Positions 9,023 to 17,772 of a DNA stretch of 64,000 bases are shown in pieces; position 1 is the first letter of the stretch; the number at the start of each line of letters is the position of its first letter. The stretch spans positions 3,277-67,276 of the forward strand of contig JAZOLO010000009.1 in the NCBI GenBank assembly GCA_045653035.1, given 5' to 3'. The notes below the pieces were generated by a model that saw only the letters and a program-made list of their open reading frames with translations, searched no databases and was not told the DNA's origin. The position numbers and the translations under genes are program-made. Source of the stretch: Eubacteriales bacterium. Lineage in GTDB: Bacteria > Bacillota > Clostridia > Oscillospirales > SIG627.

Positions 9023-9062
9023 TTTCGGAAAATTTTACTAGAGCAAAGTTAAATTTAATTGT

Positions 9063-9101
9063 AAAAATCCCCTTGAAGCAAAGTGCTTCAAGGGGATTTT
9101 T
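9063..9101 (-). terminator. Intrinsic terminator of pgi
   Basis: AAAATCCCCTTGAAGCA-aag-TGCTTCAAGGGGATTTT. Confidence 0.85.
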
Positions 9102-9113
9102 GGTTCAAATATT

Positions 9114-10418
9114 TTATTCAGACTTGCCGAGAAGCTTGAACATGTTCTTCTTGTAAACCTCAACGCCGGGCTGGTCGAAGGGATTAACACCGCCGATATA
9201 ACCTGAAAGAGCACATGCAAGCTCGAAGAAGTAAACCATGTATCCAAAGTTTTCCTCATCCATCTTGTCCAATTCAAGCACAACGTTGGGAACACCGCCC
9301 GAAACGTGAGCATCAAGTGTGCCGAGAAGTGCCTGCTTGTTAATGTAGTGGAAGTCTCGGTCTGCAAGGAAATTGAGGTTATCAATGTTTGATGCATCGA
9401 AAGGCACCTTAACCTCATGATTTGAATTAAGCACGTCAATAACAGTTTCAAAGATAATTCTTCTGCCGTCCTGAAGATACTGCCCCATACTGTGGAGGTC
9501 TGTAGAATAAATTACAGCGGCAGGGAAGAGACCCTTCTTATCCTTGCCCTCGCTTTCGCCGAAGAGCTGCTTGAGCCATTCGTTCATATACATCAAAGAA
9601 GGCTTGTAGGAAACGAACATTTCTATCTCGAAGCCCTTTCTAACAAGAAGATTACGGATAGCAGCATATTTGTAGCAATCGTTCTTTTCGATATCTGTTG
9701 GTGCGAAATCACGCATAGCCTTTTCAGCACCCGACATCATTGCCTTGATATCACAGCCTGCAACTGCAATGGGAAGAAGACCAACAGCAGAAAGCACACT
9801 GTATCTTCCGCCGATATCGTCTGGTACAACAAATGTCTCGTATCCCTTTTCAATAGCAAAATGCTTAAGCTTGCCAGGTACGTCCTTTTTATCTGTTGTA
9901 ACGAATATTCTTTCTCTTGCACCTTCCTCACCGTACTTCTTTTCAAGAAGCTCACGGAAAATTCTGAAAGCTGCCGCAGGTTCGGTAGTTGAGCCCGACT
10001 TTGATATAACGTTTATGGAAATATCCTTACCTTCACAGATTTCAAGAAGCTCGTGAAGAGCATCGGGGTCAATAGTATTACCTGCAAAATATACGTCGGG
10101 AGTATCCTTCTTCTTAGCGTTGTAATAAGAACCCTTAATGAATTCTATCGCTGCCCTTGCTCCGAGATATGAACCACCGATACCTATAGAGATGAAAATT
10201 TGACTATTCTTTTTGATTTTTTCGGATACCTTTAAGATTTTGTGAAATTCTTCCTTGTCAAAATCTACAGGGAGTGTCATCCAACCGATAGGCTTTTCTA
10301 AAGGAGAACCTTTCTTTATAAGCTCCTCGTGAGCAGCAAGAACATTTCCCTGAATAAGGTGGTATTCATGTTGGTTTATGAAACCTTTAAGAAAATTTGT
10401 GTTGAGTTTTATAGCCAT
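9114..10418 (-). CDS. pgi: Glucose-6-phosphate isomerase
   Basis: IGIGGSYLG, ISKSGSTTE, GGRYSV, QLFGESEGK, DLHSMGQ, NPFDQPGVE. Confidence 0.97.
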   Translation of the reverse strand: MAIKLNTNFLKGFINQHEYHLIQGNVLAAHEELIKKGSPLEKPIGWMTLPVDFDKEEFHKILKVSEKIKKNSQIFISIGIGGSYLGARAAIEFIKGSYYNAKKKDTPDVYFAGNTIDPDALHELLEICEGKDISINVISKSGSTTEPAAAFRIFRELLEKKYGEEGARERIFVTTDKKDVPGKLKHFAIEKGYETFVVPDDIGGRYSVLSAVGLLPIAVAGCDIKAMMSGAEKAMRDFAPTDIEKNDCYKYAAIRNLLVRKGFEIEMFVSYKPSLMYMNEWLKQLFGESEGKDKKGLFPAAVIYSTDLHSMGQYLQDGRRIIFETVIDVLNSNHEVKVPFDASNIDNLNFLADRDFHYINKQALLGTLDAHVSGGVPNVVLELDKMDEENFGYMVYFFELACALSGYIGGVNPFDQPGVEVYKKNMFKLLGKSE

Positions 10419-10471
10419 AACTTAACCTCTTCTGAATAAAATATTATTTCAATTTTGTTATAATATCAACC

Positions 10472-12556
10472 TTAAACTCTGTACATTAAGTCAGTGTAGT
10501 CGGGGAAGGGCCAAGCATCTTTCGGAAGAAGGTTTTCAAGAGTGTCACAGTAAAGGCGAAGCTGTTCCATAGCGGGTATTACGTCATCCTTGTAAGATCT
10601 TGCTTTCTTTACAAAGTCTGTAGCCCCACTCGCTGTGCTGTGTGCTTTTTTTAAAGACTCAAGTGCCTCGAATGCATTTTTTAAGTTTTCGCAGATAAGA
10701 GAGAGTTTTTTCTTGGAATGTTCCATAAATCCGCCTGCTGTGTTTGCATGTGTGATGTCACGTCCAAGACTTCCGCAGTAGGACTCAACAGATGGCAGTA
10801 TTGACTTTTCAGCCATAGTTTCCATGGTAAGTGCTTCTATATTCACGACCTTTGAATACATATCAAGGTTAATTTCATATCTTGAAAGTATTTCCGATTC
10901 GGTGAGAATATCGTGCTTTGAAAGAAGCTTTATATTTTTGTCGAGTCTTAGTGCTTCAATAGCATCGACAGTAGTTGGAAGATTGAGAAGACCTCGTTTT
11001 TTCGCTTCAGTTCGCCACTCCTCCGAATAGTTGTTGCCATTATAAAGTATACGCTTATGTTCTTTTATTATCCCACGTATTATTTTATTTATTTTTTCTT
11101 TTTTGTCACTACTTGTTTTATCAAGTTTATCAGCAATAATAGACAGCTCCTCTGCCATTATGGTATTGATAATAAAAGAGGGACGGGAAATGGAAGATGA
11201 GGAACCACACATTCTAAACTCAAACTTATTACCCGTAAAGGCACAGGGAGAGGTTCTGTTTCTGTCGGTGGTGTCCTTTTTAAAGGAAGGAACTGAAGAT
11301 ACGCCCATCTTCATTTCGGATAAGTTTTTTTTCTCTACTTCGTGAGAAAGCTCTATTGCCTCATATATGTCACAAAGCTCATCACCGAGGAAAATTGATA
11401 TAACAGTAGGAGGTGCTTCGTCACCGCCGAGTCTTACGTCGTTTGACGCACCGGAGCAAGAAAAACGGAGAAGATCCTGATATTTGTCAATACCTGAAAT
11501 CATAGCTGCCATAAAAAGAAGGAATGTCTGGTTTTCAGCAGGGTTTTTACCTGGTGAGAGTATATTCACGCCTGTGTCGGTGGAGAGGGACCAGTTTACG
11601 TGCTTACCCGAACCGCTGACTCCTTTGAAGGGCTTTTCATGAAGAAGACACGCAAGGCCTTTACGCTTTGCAACCGTACGCATAGACTCCATTGTTATCT
11701 GGTTCTGGTCACAGGCTATGTTTGAAGTATTGTAGATACATGCAAGCTCGTGCTGTGCAGGAGCTACCTCATTGTGCTTGGTTTTTGCAGAAACACCAAG
11801 CGACCAAAGCTCTCGGTCAAGCTCATGCATATAGTCGGATATTTTGAGACGAAGTCTTCCGTAGTAATGGTCGTCCATCTCCTGACCTTTTGGCGGAGGA
11901 GAGCCGAAAAGGGTGCGTCCACAAAGAAGCAGGTCTAGTCTCTTTTCATAAAGCTCACGGTCAATAAGGAAATACTCCTGTTCAGGCCCCACCGTTGTGG
12001 TTACTTTTGTGGAGGTATTATCTCCAAGATGTCTGAGCACTCTAAGAGCCTGTTTGTTAAGAGCCTCCATAGAGCGAAGAAGGGGAGTTTTCTTGTCAAG
12101 CGCCTCACCTGTATAAGAACAGAATACTGTGGGTATGTAAAGAGTCTTATCCTTTACAAAAGCAGGGGAGGTGCAGTCCCACGCAGTATATCCTCTTGCC
12201 TCAAAGGTAGCACGAAGTCCGCCTGACGGAAATGATGATGCATCTGACTCACCCTTTATAAGCTCTTTTCCCGAAAATTCCATAATAGCATGACCTTCTT
12301 TGTCAAAGGACAAAAAAGCATCGTGCTTTTCGGCAGTCATTTCGTTAAGGGGCTGAAACCAATGGCTGAAATGTGTTGCTCCCTTTGAGGTAGCCCAGGT
12401 TTTCATTGCATCGGCTACTTCATTAGCGGTTTTAATATCGAGAGGGTTCCCGTTATCAATAGTTTTTTTTAGATTATCATAGCACTCTTTTGAAACGTAT
12501 TTTCTTATCATCTCGTTGTTAAAACAAGATTCTGCATAAATATCGGTGATATACAT
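10472..12556 (-). CDS. glnN: Glutamine synthetase type III
   Basis: HWFQP, AEKHDAF, DASSFPSGGLRATFEARGYTAWD, HNEVAPAQHE, DRNRTSP.AFTGNKFEFR. Confidence 0.95.
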   Translation of the reverse strand: MYITDIYAESCFNNEMIRKYVSKECYDNLKKTIDNGNPLDIKTANEVADAMKTWATSKGATHFSHWFQPLNEMTAEKHDAFLSFDKEGHAIMEFSGKELIKGESDASSFPSGGLRATFEARGYTAWDCTSPAFVKDKTLYIPTVFCSYTGEALDKKTPLLRSMEALNKQALRVLRHLGDNTSTKVTTTVGPEQEYFLIDRELYEKRLDLLLCGRTLFGSPPPKGQEMDDHYYGRLRLKISDYMHELDRELWSLGVSAKTKHNEVAPAQHELACIYNTSNIACDQNQITMESMRTVAKRKGLACLLHEKPFKGVSGSGKHVNWSLSTDTGVNILSPGKNPAENQTFLLFMAAMISGIDKYQDLLRFSCSGASNDVRLGGDEAPPTVISIFLGDELCDIYEAIELSHEVEKKNLSEMKMGVSSVPSFKKDTTDRNRTSPCAFTGNKFEFRMCGSSSSISRPSFIINTIMAEELSIIADKLDKTSSDKKEKINKIIRGIIKEHKRILYNGNNYSEEWRTEAKKRGLLNLPTTVDAIEALRLDKNIKLLSKHDILTESEILSRYEINLDMYSKVVNIEALTMETMAEKSILPSVESYCGSLGRDITHANTAGGFMEHSKKKLSLICENLKNAFEALESLKKAHSTASGATDFVKKARSYKDDVIPAMEQLRLYCDTLENLLPKDAWPFPDYTDLMYRV

Positions 12557-12589
12557 ATTTTCTCCGCATTATAAATAAATTTATGTATT

Positions 12590-12618
12590 ATTTTACACTT
12601 TTTTTAACATTTTGTCAA
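12590..12618 (-). promoter_or_regulatory. SigA promoter of the GSIII gene
   Basis: TTGACA-N17-TAAAAT on the minus strand. Confidence 0.7.
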
Positions 12619-12661
12619 CATGAAAATAACGACAAGCAGCAGCTTGGCCGTATTAAAATAT

Positions 12662-15600
12662 TTACGGAGCTCTTAACTTAACTTTTTCGTTGTTCTCGGG
12701 CATATAAACATTAGGAGCAATCCATGAGTCGGGGTTTTCAATTACGTTGTCGTAATCAGTTAGGCCTATCATAACCTTTGCTCTGAGAGGTGCACCAGTT
12801 GTACTTATTCCTCCGTAGGTGAAGGTGTAATCACCTGTAGGTACTGTCACAGAGCCTGTGAAATTAGTTATTTCTTCTGTGTATTTCTGTTTAGTAACTT
12901 TAGTACCATCGTCACCGGTATAATCCTTATAATAATTTATATATGCCTTATTTTCGTCAGGATAATACTCAATATACTCACCTGATTTAAGAGTTACGTT
13001 GAATGTTATTGTATTAGAGCCTATTGTCACAGATGGATTCTGTGCAGGGGTGTCAATTGCTGAACAAACTCTGATATCGTCCATTGTTACACCGCTGACA
13101 TCACCGGTTGTAGAGATAGTAACGTACTTTGAAGTTTCAAGCTTAAACTCATTACGGAAGGTAGCATAGTCGGTAGAGTTATCTGACTTAATGTTTGAGA
13201 ATGAATACCCGTCAAAATCAGCGTTATCGCTATCCATAAGGATGATATCACGCTCACCCGTAAAGTTAAGAGGAATAAAGTAATCTATTCTGTTATTCTG
13301 ATTTACTTTTCCGCCAGAGGTAAGGGTGATAAGAATAGCACCTGTTTCAGAACCGTTACCCTTTACATTTACCTTAAGTACTGGCTTTGATAAAAGCTTA
13401 GTTCCTGTTGTAATCTCAAAGTTTTTTTGATTGTTTTCAAGCGTCGAAAGAACAAGCTTTTCACTAAAGTCAAGTAGTATCTCTTCATTATTACCGTCAG
13501 TAGAATATCTCTGCTCTATTCTGATGAAAGGCTTCTGTGCTCTAAATTGGTTATTACCATTTCCTGTAGCAAATGTGCCGTCTGCCATATCTCTTATAAT
13601 ATTAGCATCGTAATACATTTCGCGGAACGCCCAAGAACCATCGGCCTGCTTAAATATCTTGTATTCCTTGCCTGCTTCAATTCCAACTTTAAGCGCTTCC
13701 TTTACGTCTTCTGAAAAGTAGCCCCCCTCACGTAGTCTTGAATAGGTATTGAAGTAAGTGTAGTTGTCAATGAGTTCAAAGAAATGTTTGAAGTTTGAAA
13801 GGGAGAAGGGCTGAAGAACAGTTGACATATCGTATGCAACTCCCATTACACCGAGTAGGTCAATATCGTCGCGGAAAAGGGTCTTGTTGTAGGTGTTAAT
13901 GTATGTATTACCGCTGCCGGGAGCAAAGTTGAACCATCCGGAGGTAGCTGTAAGATAATCTTTGAAATGGTTCTTGTTTGAATTCAAATGTCCACGATTA
14001 TACTTCTTGTATTGACGGTTGGCATGGTCAACCGCACCTGCCTTACCTCTTGCAGACCAGAAGGATACAGGGAATCTCGAACCTTCCATCATGGGAATCT
14101 TGGAATAATTGCCGTACATCTCATAGCTTGCCTCATATGCTGCTTCGAGCACTGCACGGATAAATTCGGCATAGTAATAGTCTCTGAGGTCTGGGTCACC
14201 GAAAAATTCAATGGACTCGAAGCCGTCGAGGTAAATCATGTCGAATCCGCCTTCAACGCAAGCACGACCTGTAAGATATGCAACGTAATAGTAAAGCTCA
14301 GAGCCAACAATTGGCTGAAGACCGCCGTAGTAGGAGAGGAGCTGTCTGATTTTGCTGTTTTTGTCATGTGCTGTTGCTGTTGTTCCGCACTGTGCACGGC
14401 TAACGGTAAGTGTGCCGTTTGTTGCACTGTAGGATGTAACTAACATGATTTCTTCGTCTACGAGAATATAACCGGAGTAGACATCATTAGCAGATGTACC
14501 AGCAGTTGCACCGCTTTTGTAGAACGTTCTTCCTTCAAGACTTTCGTTAACGTACAATAGTGAAGTTGTAGAAGTTATGTTGTTAGTAAGAGTTAGTACG
14601 TCTTCAGGATAATATTCAATCTGCTGCTGCCACTTGGGCACAGATAGAATTGTTGAAGCCGCAGGAAAAATAAGTGAAGAATAGGTGTGCATACTGAGAA
14701 GAACACCCTCTGCGTTAAGTTTGTCTGCTATTCTTTCTTTGAAGGTAGATGCAGGAATAAAGTCTGTTTCACCTGAGAGTCTCGCTGAAACAAAGTTGAA
14801 GTCACCTTGAATAAAAGAGTTGCTACCCCGATGGAAGTCGATGATTTCAATGGAGTTTGCCTTTGCAACCTGACCTGTTTCGGTAGCGTTAGAAGGGGAG
14901 AGACCGCTACTCTGAATTACATAGTCATAGAATAGGGCATCGTTTTCAGCATCATAGGCGAAAGGAGCCCCCTTTGTTGATGTGATACCTTCCCTGATGT
15001 CGATTGCAAGAACAATTTCCTTGAGGTATTCTCTGTGTTCACCTGTTTTAAGTCCGCCATACTGGGAAAAGGTAATGCCGATTTTAGCACCTATAACGTC
15101 ACCCATCTTAGAAAGAACTCGTCCGATGGTTTTCTTGTAGCTTCCGCCCGGACGGTTGATGGGGTCAGTTGAGGTAGTCATAGGTACTGCTGAAATCCTA
15201 TAAGTGTTATAGTCTGTTTCTGAGAACTCACAGTTAACAGAAATCTGTGCATAATCAAGGTATGCTACGTTGTGAGGAATCTCGGAGTCAAGTTTTACTG
15301 TGAAATAGTTTGGGAAGGCTTCAACAAGGAAGTAAGCCTCGGTATCGTTGGAGAATACTATGTGAAGTCTTCCGTCAACAACGTCAGCATAAATGGGCTC
15401 GAAATAAGCACCCGAGCTGTTTGTAACGCTAGCAAACCAAGGATTCAGTGTTGTTGACAAAACGTTTTCGGTGTTATCTTTATTTATAACTTCGTAAAGA
15501 CGTCCCTTGTTCTTTGAAATAGTAACCTTAACGTGGTCTGTTTCAATGTAGATGAACTCGTCATCTTCTGTTAGACCAGAAGTGTTGTCAATATGTGCAA

Positions 15601-17233
15601 GAGTTTTAACGTTGTCGTTTGATGCAATAAGCACTTGATACTCAGCCCAGTGTCCTTCAATGTCAGGGAACACATTGTCAAGAGTTTCTTTAACTACCGT
15701 GTGTTCATTTGCAGTAAGGTTTATAAGACGGTTTATCATGGTAACAGCTTCCGCTCTTGAAACCTTTGCATCGGGACGGAATGTGCCGTCTGGGTATCCG
15801 TTGATAGTACCTAGCTCTGCAAGATAAGAGATAGCAGGATAATACTTGTAAGTATCCTTAAGGTCGATGAAATTGCTCTTGGATGATTTCTTAACAAATT
15901 TTGCCGCACCGTAGATAAGCTGTGCAAGCTCACCTCTGGTTATATCATCATCGGGATAAAGCTTTCCGCCGTCAAGATAATCGAAAGCCTTGTTATACTC
16001 AAGGAAAGCTACGGCATCGTGATACCACGCATCAACCGTAACATCAGGAATTTTTGAATAGTAGCCACTGGGTAAGGTAAAGCCGTCAAGGGCGAGTCTT
16101 GAAAGAAGAGCTGCAGCTTCAGCCTTTGTAATATTTTCGTCGGGACGGAATGTGCCGTCAGCATATCCCTCAATATATGCTGTGTTAGCACCGTTATACT
16201 GAAGTGCAATAACCATAGCATCATTATTCCAAACAGTGTTATAAGCGGCGGATATGAAGTTTACGGTAAAGCAGGTATTAGTTTTACCTGTTCCCTTAAA
16301 CTGAACGTCTTCTGGAAGGTCACCATAAGGGTAAATTTCAAATCCTACTACCCAACCTGTAGCATTAGGGAAAGCTGACTTTATGGTAGCTGTATGTCTT
16401 GTTCTGTTAGCTTCATTAGTATATGTTGCCATATCTGTCCAGGCATGTGCCGTAACGTTGCCGGTTTCATTCATGGTATAAAGAACAAGCTTTGTTTTAA
16501 GAGGAGCACCCGAAGGGGAGTATGGAATCAAAGATCCCTGTCTTACGCTTACGTCAAATGTTATGTTCTGAAGTTCTTCAATGGGAAGAATTTCATGTGA
16601 CTCGTATGCATAACGGTAAAAAATGCTCTCTACTTCTTCTTCTGCCTGTAATCTGTACTGATTGTTAAGAGGACCGTTTACTGTATCGCCTTTAAGCACG
16701 GCGTCATCAAGAATACTTTTAGAAAGTGAACCCGATATATGAGAGTCCGTTGACATGTAGAGAGGGGTTCCGTTTGGATTAACGTGGAAGGTGTATGGAT
16801 GGGTCCACGTACCTGCAATCCAAGAAGAGGTATACTCTTCTTGAGTATAAACGGCATTTTTACCATGTCCCTTGTAACCTACATCGGAGCGCTCAAGACC
16901 GTCTTCGCCCATCACGTAGAAGAATTTTTTTTCATTATTGAGCTGTTTAAGTCTCACACATATAATGCCGTTTTGTGTAAAAACAGTATTAGAAGTAATT
17001 GTAGTGAAGGTGTTATTATCAAGATTTATTTTGTTTACGGTAAGACCGGCATTATAGTTTTCAAGTGTCACGTAGGTATATTCAGATGCGGTAGATAGAT
17101 TAAGACCTACAAGCTTACCGTTTTCCAAGGTAATGTCGTCAAAAAAACCTGCTGACATTACGGGCAGTGAAAGCAAAACGGCTATAATTATGGTAAGAAA
17201 GAATATGCCAAGCTTTGTTTTGATTTTCTCCAT
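12662..17233 (-). CDS. Secreted SLH-domain protein (1523 aa) with a C-terminal putative glycoside-hydrolase-like module
   Basis: Signal peptide; SLH repeats (GYADGTFRPDENITKAEAA, GYPDGTFRPDAKVSRAEAV); C-terminal ~950 aa paralogous to 17773-22365. Confidence 0.8.
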   Translation of the reverse strand: MEKIKTKLGIFFLTIIIAVLLSLPVMSAGFFDDITLENGKLVGLNLSTASEYTYVTLENYNAGLTVNKINLDNNTFTTITSNTVFTQNGIICVRLKQLNNEKKFFYVMGEDGLERSDVGYKGHGKNAVYTQEEYTSSWIAGTWTHPYTFHVNPNGTPLYMSTDSHISGSLSKSILDDAVLKGDTVNGPLNNQYRLQAEEEVESIFYRYAYESHEILPIEELQNITFDVSVRQGSLIPYSPSGAPLKTKLVLYTMNETGNVTAHAWTDMATYTNEANRTRHTATIKSAFPNATGWVVGFEIYPYGDLPEDVQFKGTGKTNTCFTVNFISAAYNTVWNNDAMVIALQYNGANTAYIEGYADGTFRPDENITKAEAAALLSRLALDGFTLPSGYYSKIPDVTVDAWYHDAVAFLEYNKAFDYLDGGKLYPDDDITRGELAQLIYGAAKFVKKSSKSNFIDLKDTYKYYPAISYLAELGTINGYPDGTFRPDAKVSRAEAVTMINRLINLTANEHTVVKETLDNVFPDIEGHWAEYQVLIASNDNVKTLAHIDNTSGLTEDDEFIYIETDHVKVTISKNKGRLYEVINKDNTENVLSTTLNPWFASVTNSSGAYFEPIYADVVDGRLHIVFSNDTEAYFLVEAFPNYFTVKLDSEIPHNVAYLDYAQISVNCEFSETDYNTYRISAVPMTTSTDPINRPGGSYKKTIGRVLSKMGDVIGAKIGITFSQYGGLKTGEHREYLKEIVLAIDIREGITSTKGAPFAYDAENDALFYDYVIQSSGLSPSNATETGQVAKANSIEIIDFHRGSNSFIQGDFNFVSARLSGETDFIPASTFKERIADKLNAEGVLLSMHTYSSLIFPAASTILSVPKWQQQIEYYPEDVLTLTNNITSTTSLLYVNESLEGRTFYKSGATAGTSANDVYSGYILVDEEIMLVTSYSATNGTLTVSRAQCGTTATAHDKNSKIRQLLSYYGGLQPIVGSELYYYVAYLTGRACVEGGFDMIYLDGFESIEFFGDPDLRDYYYAEFIRAVLEAAYEASYEMYGNYSKIPMMEGSRFPVSFWSARGKAGAVDHANRQYKKYNRGHLNSNKNHFKDYLTATSGWFNFAPGSGNTYINTYNKTLFRDDIDLLGVMGVAYDMSTVLQPFSLSNFKHFFELIDNYTYFNTYSRLREGGYFSEDVKEALKVGIEAGKEYKIFKQADGSWAFREMYYDANIIRDMADGTFATGNGNNQFRAQKPFIRIEQRYSTDGNNEEILLDFSEKLVLSTLENNQKNFEITTGTKLLSKPVLKVNVKGNGSETGAILITLTSGGKVNQNNRIDYFIPLNFTGERDIILMDSDNADFDGYSFSNIKSDNSTDYATFRNEFKLETSKYVTISTTGDVSGVTMDDIRVCSAIDTPAQNPSVTIGSNTITFNVTLKSGEYIEYYPDENKAYINYYKDYTGDDGTKVTKQKYTEEITNFTGSVTVPTGDYTFTYGGISTTGAPLRAKVMIGLTDYDNVIENPDSWIAPNVYMPENNEKVKLRAP

Positions 17234-17280
17234 GTTTTCCTCCTGTATGTTATAGATATGTAATTACGTACTTTTTAGAG

Positions 17281-17508
17281 TTAATTTATATGCTTCTCAA
17301 TGTACTCGCTCATTTTTTTGATAGTTCTGAGTTCTGTAACCTCGTCGTCGGGAATAACTATACCGTATTTATCCTCAATAGTCATAAGAAGTTCAACAAC
17401 GTCAAGTGAATCAGCACCGAGGTCGTCTAAAATGTCAGTTTCTGGAGTAATCTTTGAAGGTTCAATTTTAAGCTGCTTTGAAATTGCTTCGATAATCTGT
17501 TCTATCAT
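17281..17508 (-). CDS. acpP: Acyl carrier protein
   Basis: DLGADSLDVVEL phosphopantetheine site; 75 aa, acidic. Confidence 0.95.
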   Translation of the reverse strand: MIEQIIEAISKQLKIEPSKITPETDILDDLGADSLDVVELLMTIEDKYGIVIPDDEVTELRTIKKMSEYIEKHIN

Positions 17509-17547
17509 GTCTTTGTACCTTTCTTATACAAAATAATTATTCATTAT

Positions 17548-17576
17548 ATTTTACACTTTTTTTAAGCGTTTGTCAA
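17548..17576 (-). promoter_or_regulatory. SigA promoter of acpP
   Basis: TTGACA-N17-TAAAAT on the minus strand. Confidence 0.7.
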
Positions 17577-17722
17577 CGATTAAATAGAACAAATCTACCT
17601 TACTTTTTGAGTGATTTTCACTAAATTTATAAATATACAAAAATGATTGACGCTTTGCTTAATTTGATAATTGTTGAAGTATTTTGTAGTGATGTAGCTT
17701 TTAATAAAATTTGAAAGAATGC

Positions 17723-17756
17723 AAAAAAAGAACGCTTTTTATAAGCGTTCTTTTTA
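17723..17756 (-). terminator. Intrinsic terminator after the SLH gene
   Basis: AAAAAAGAACGCTT...AAGCGTTCTTTTTT. Confidence 0.75.
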
Positions 17757-17772
17757 GTTGGGGTATTATGTT

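Noticed and set aside
5431-9110. Complete prophage or defined attL/attR ends around the recombinase-terminase cassette
   Set aside because: No structural, lysis or replication genes, and no flanking direct repeat found by eye. Serine-integrase cores are very short, so att sites cannot be excluded.
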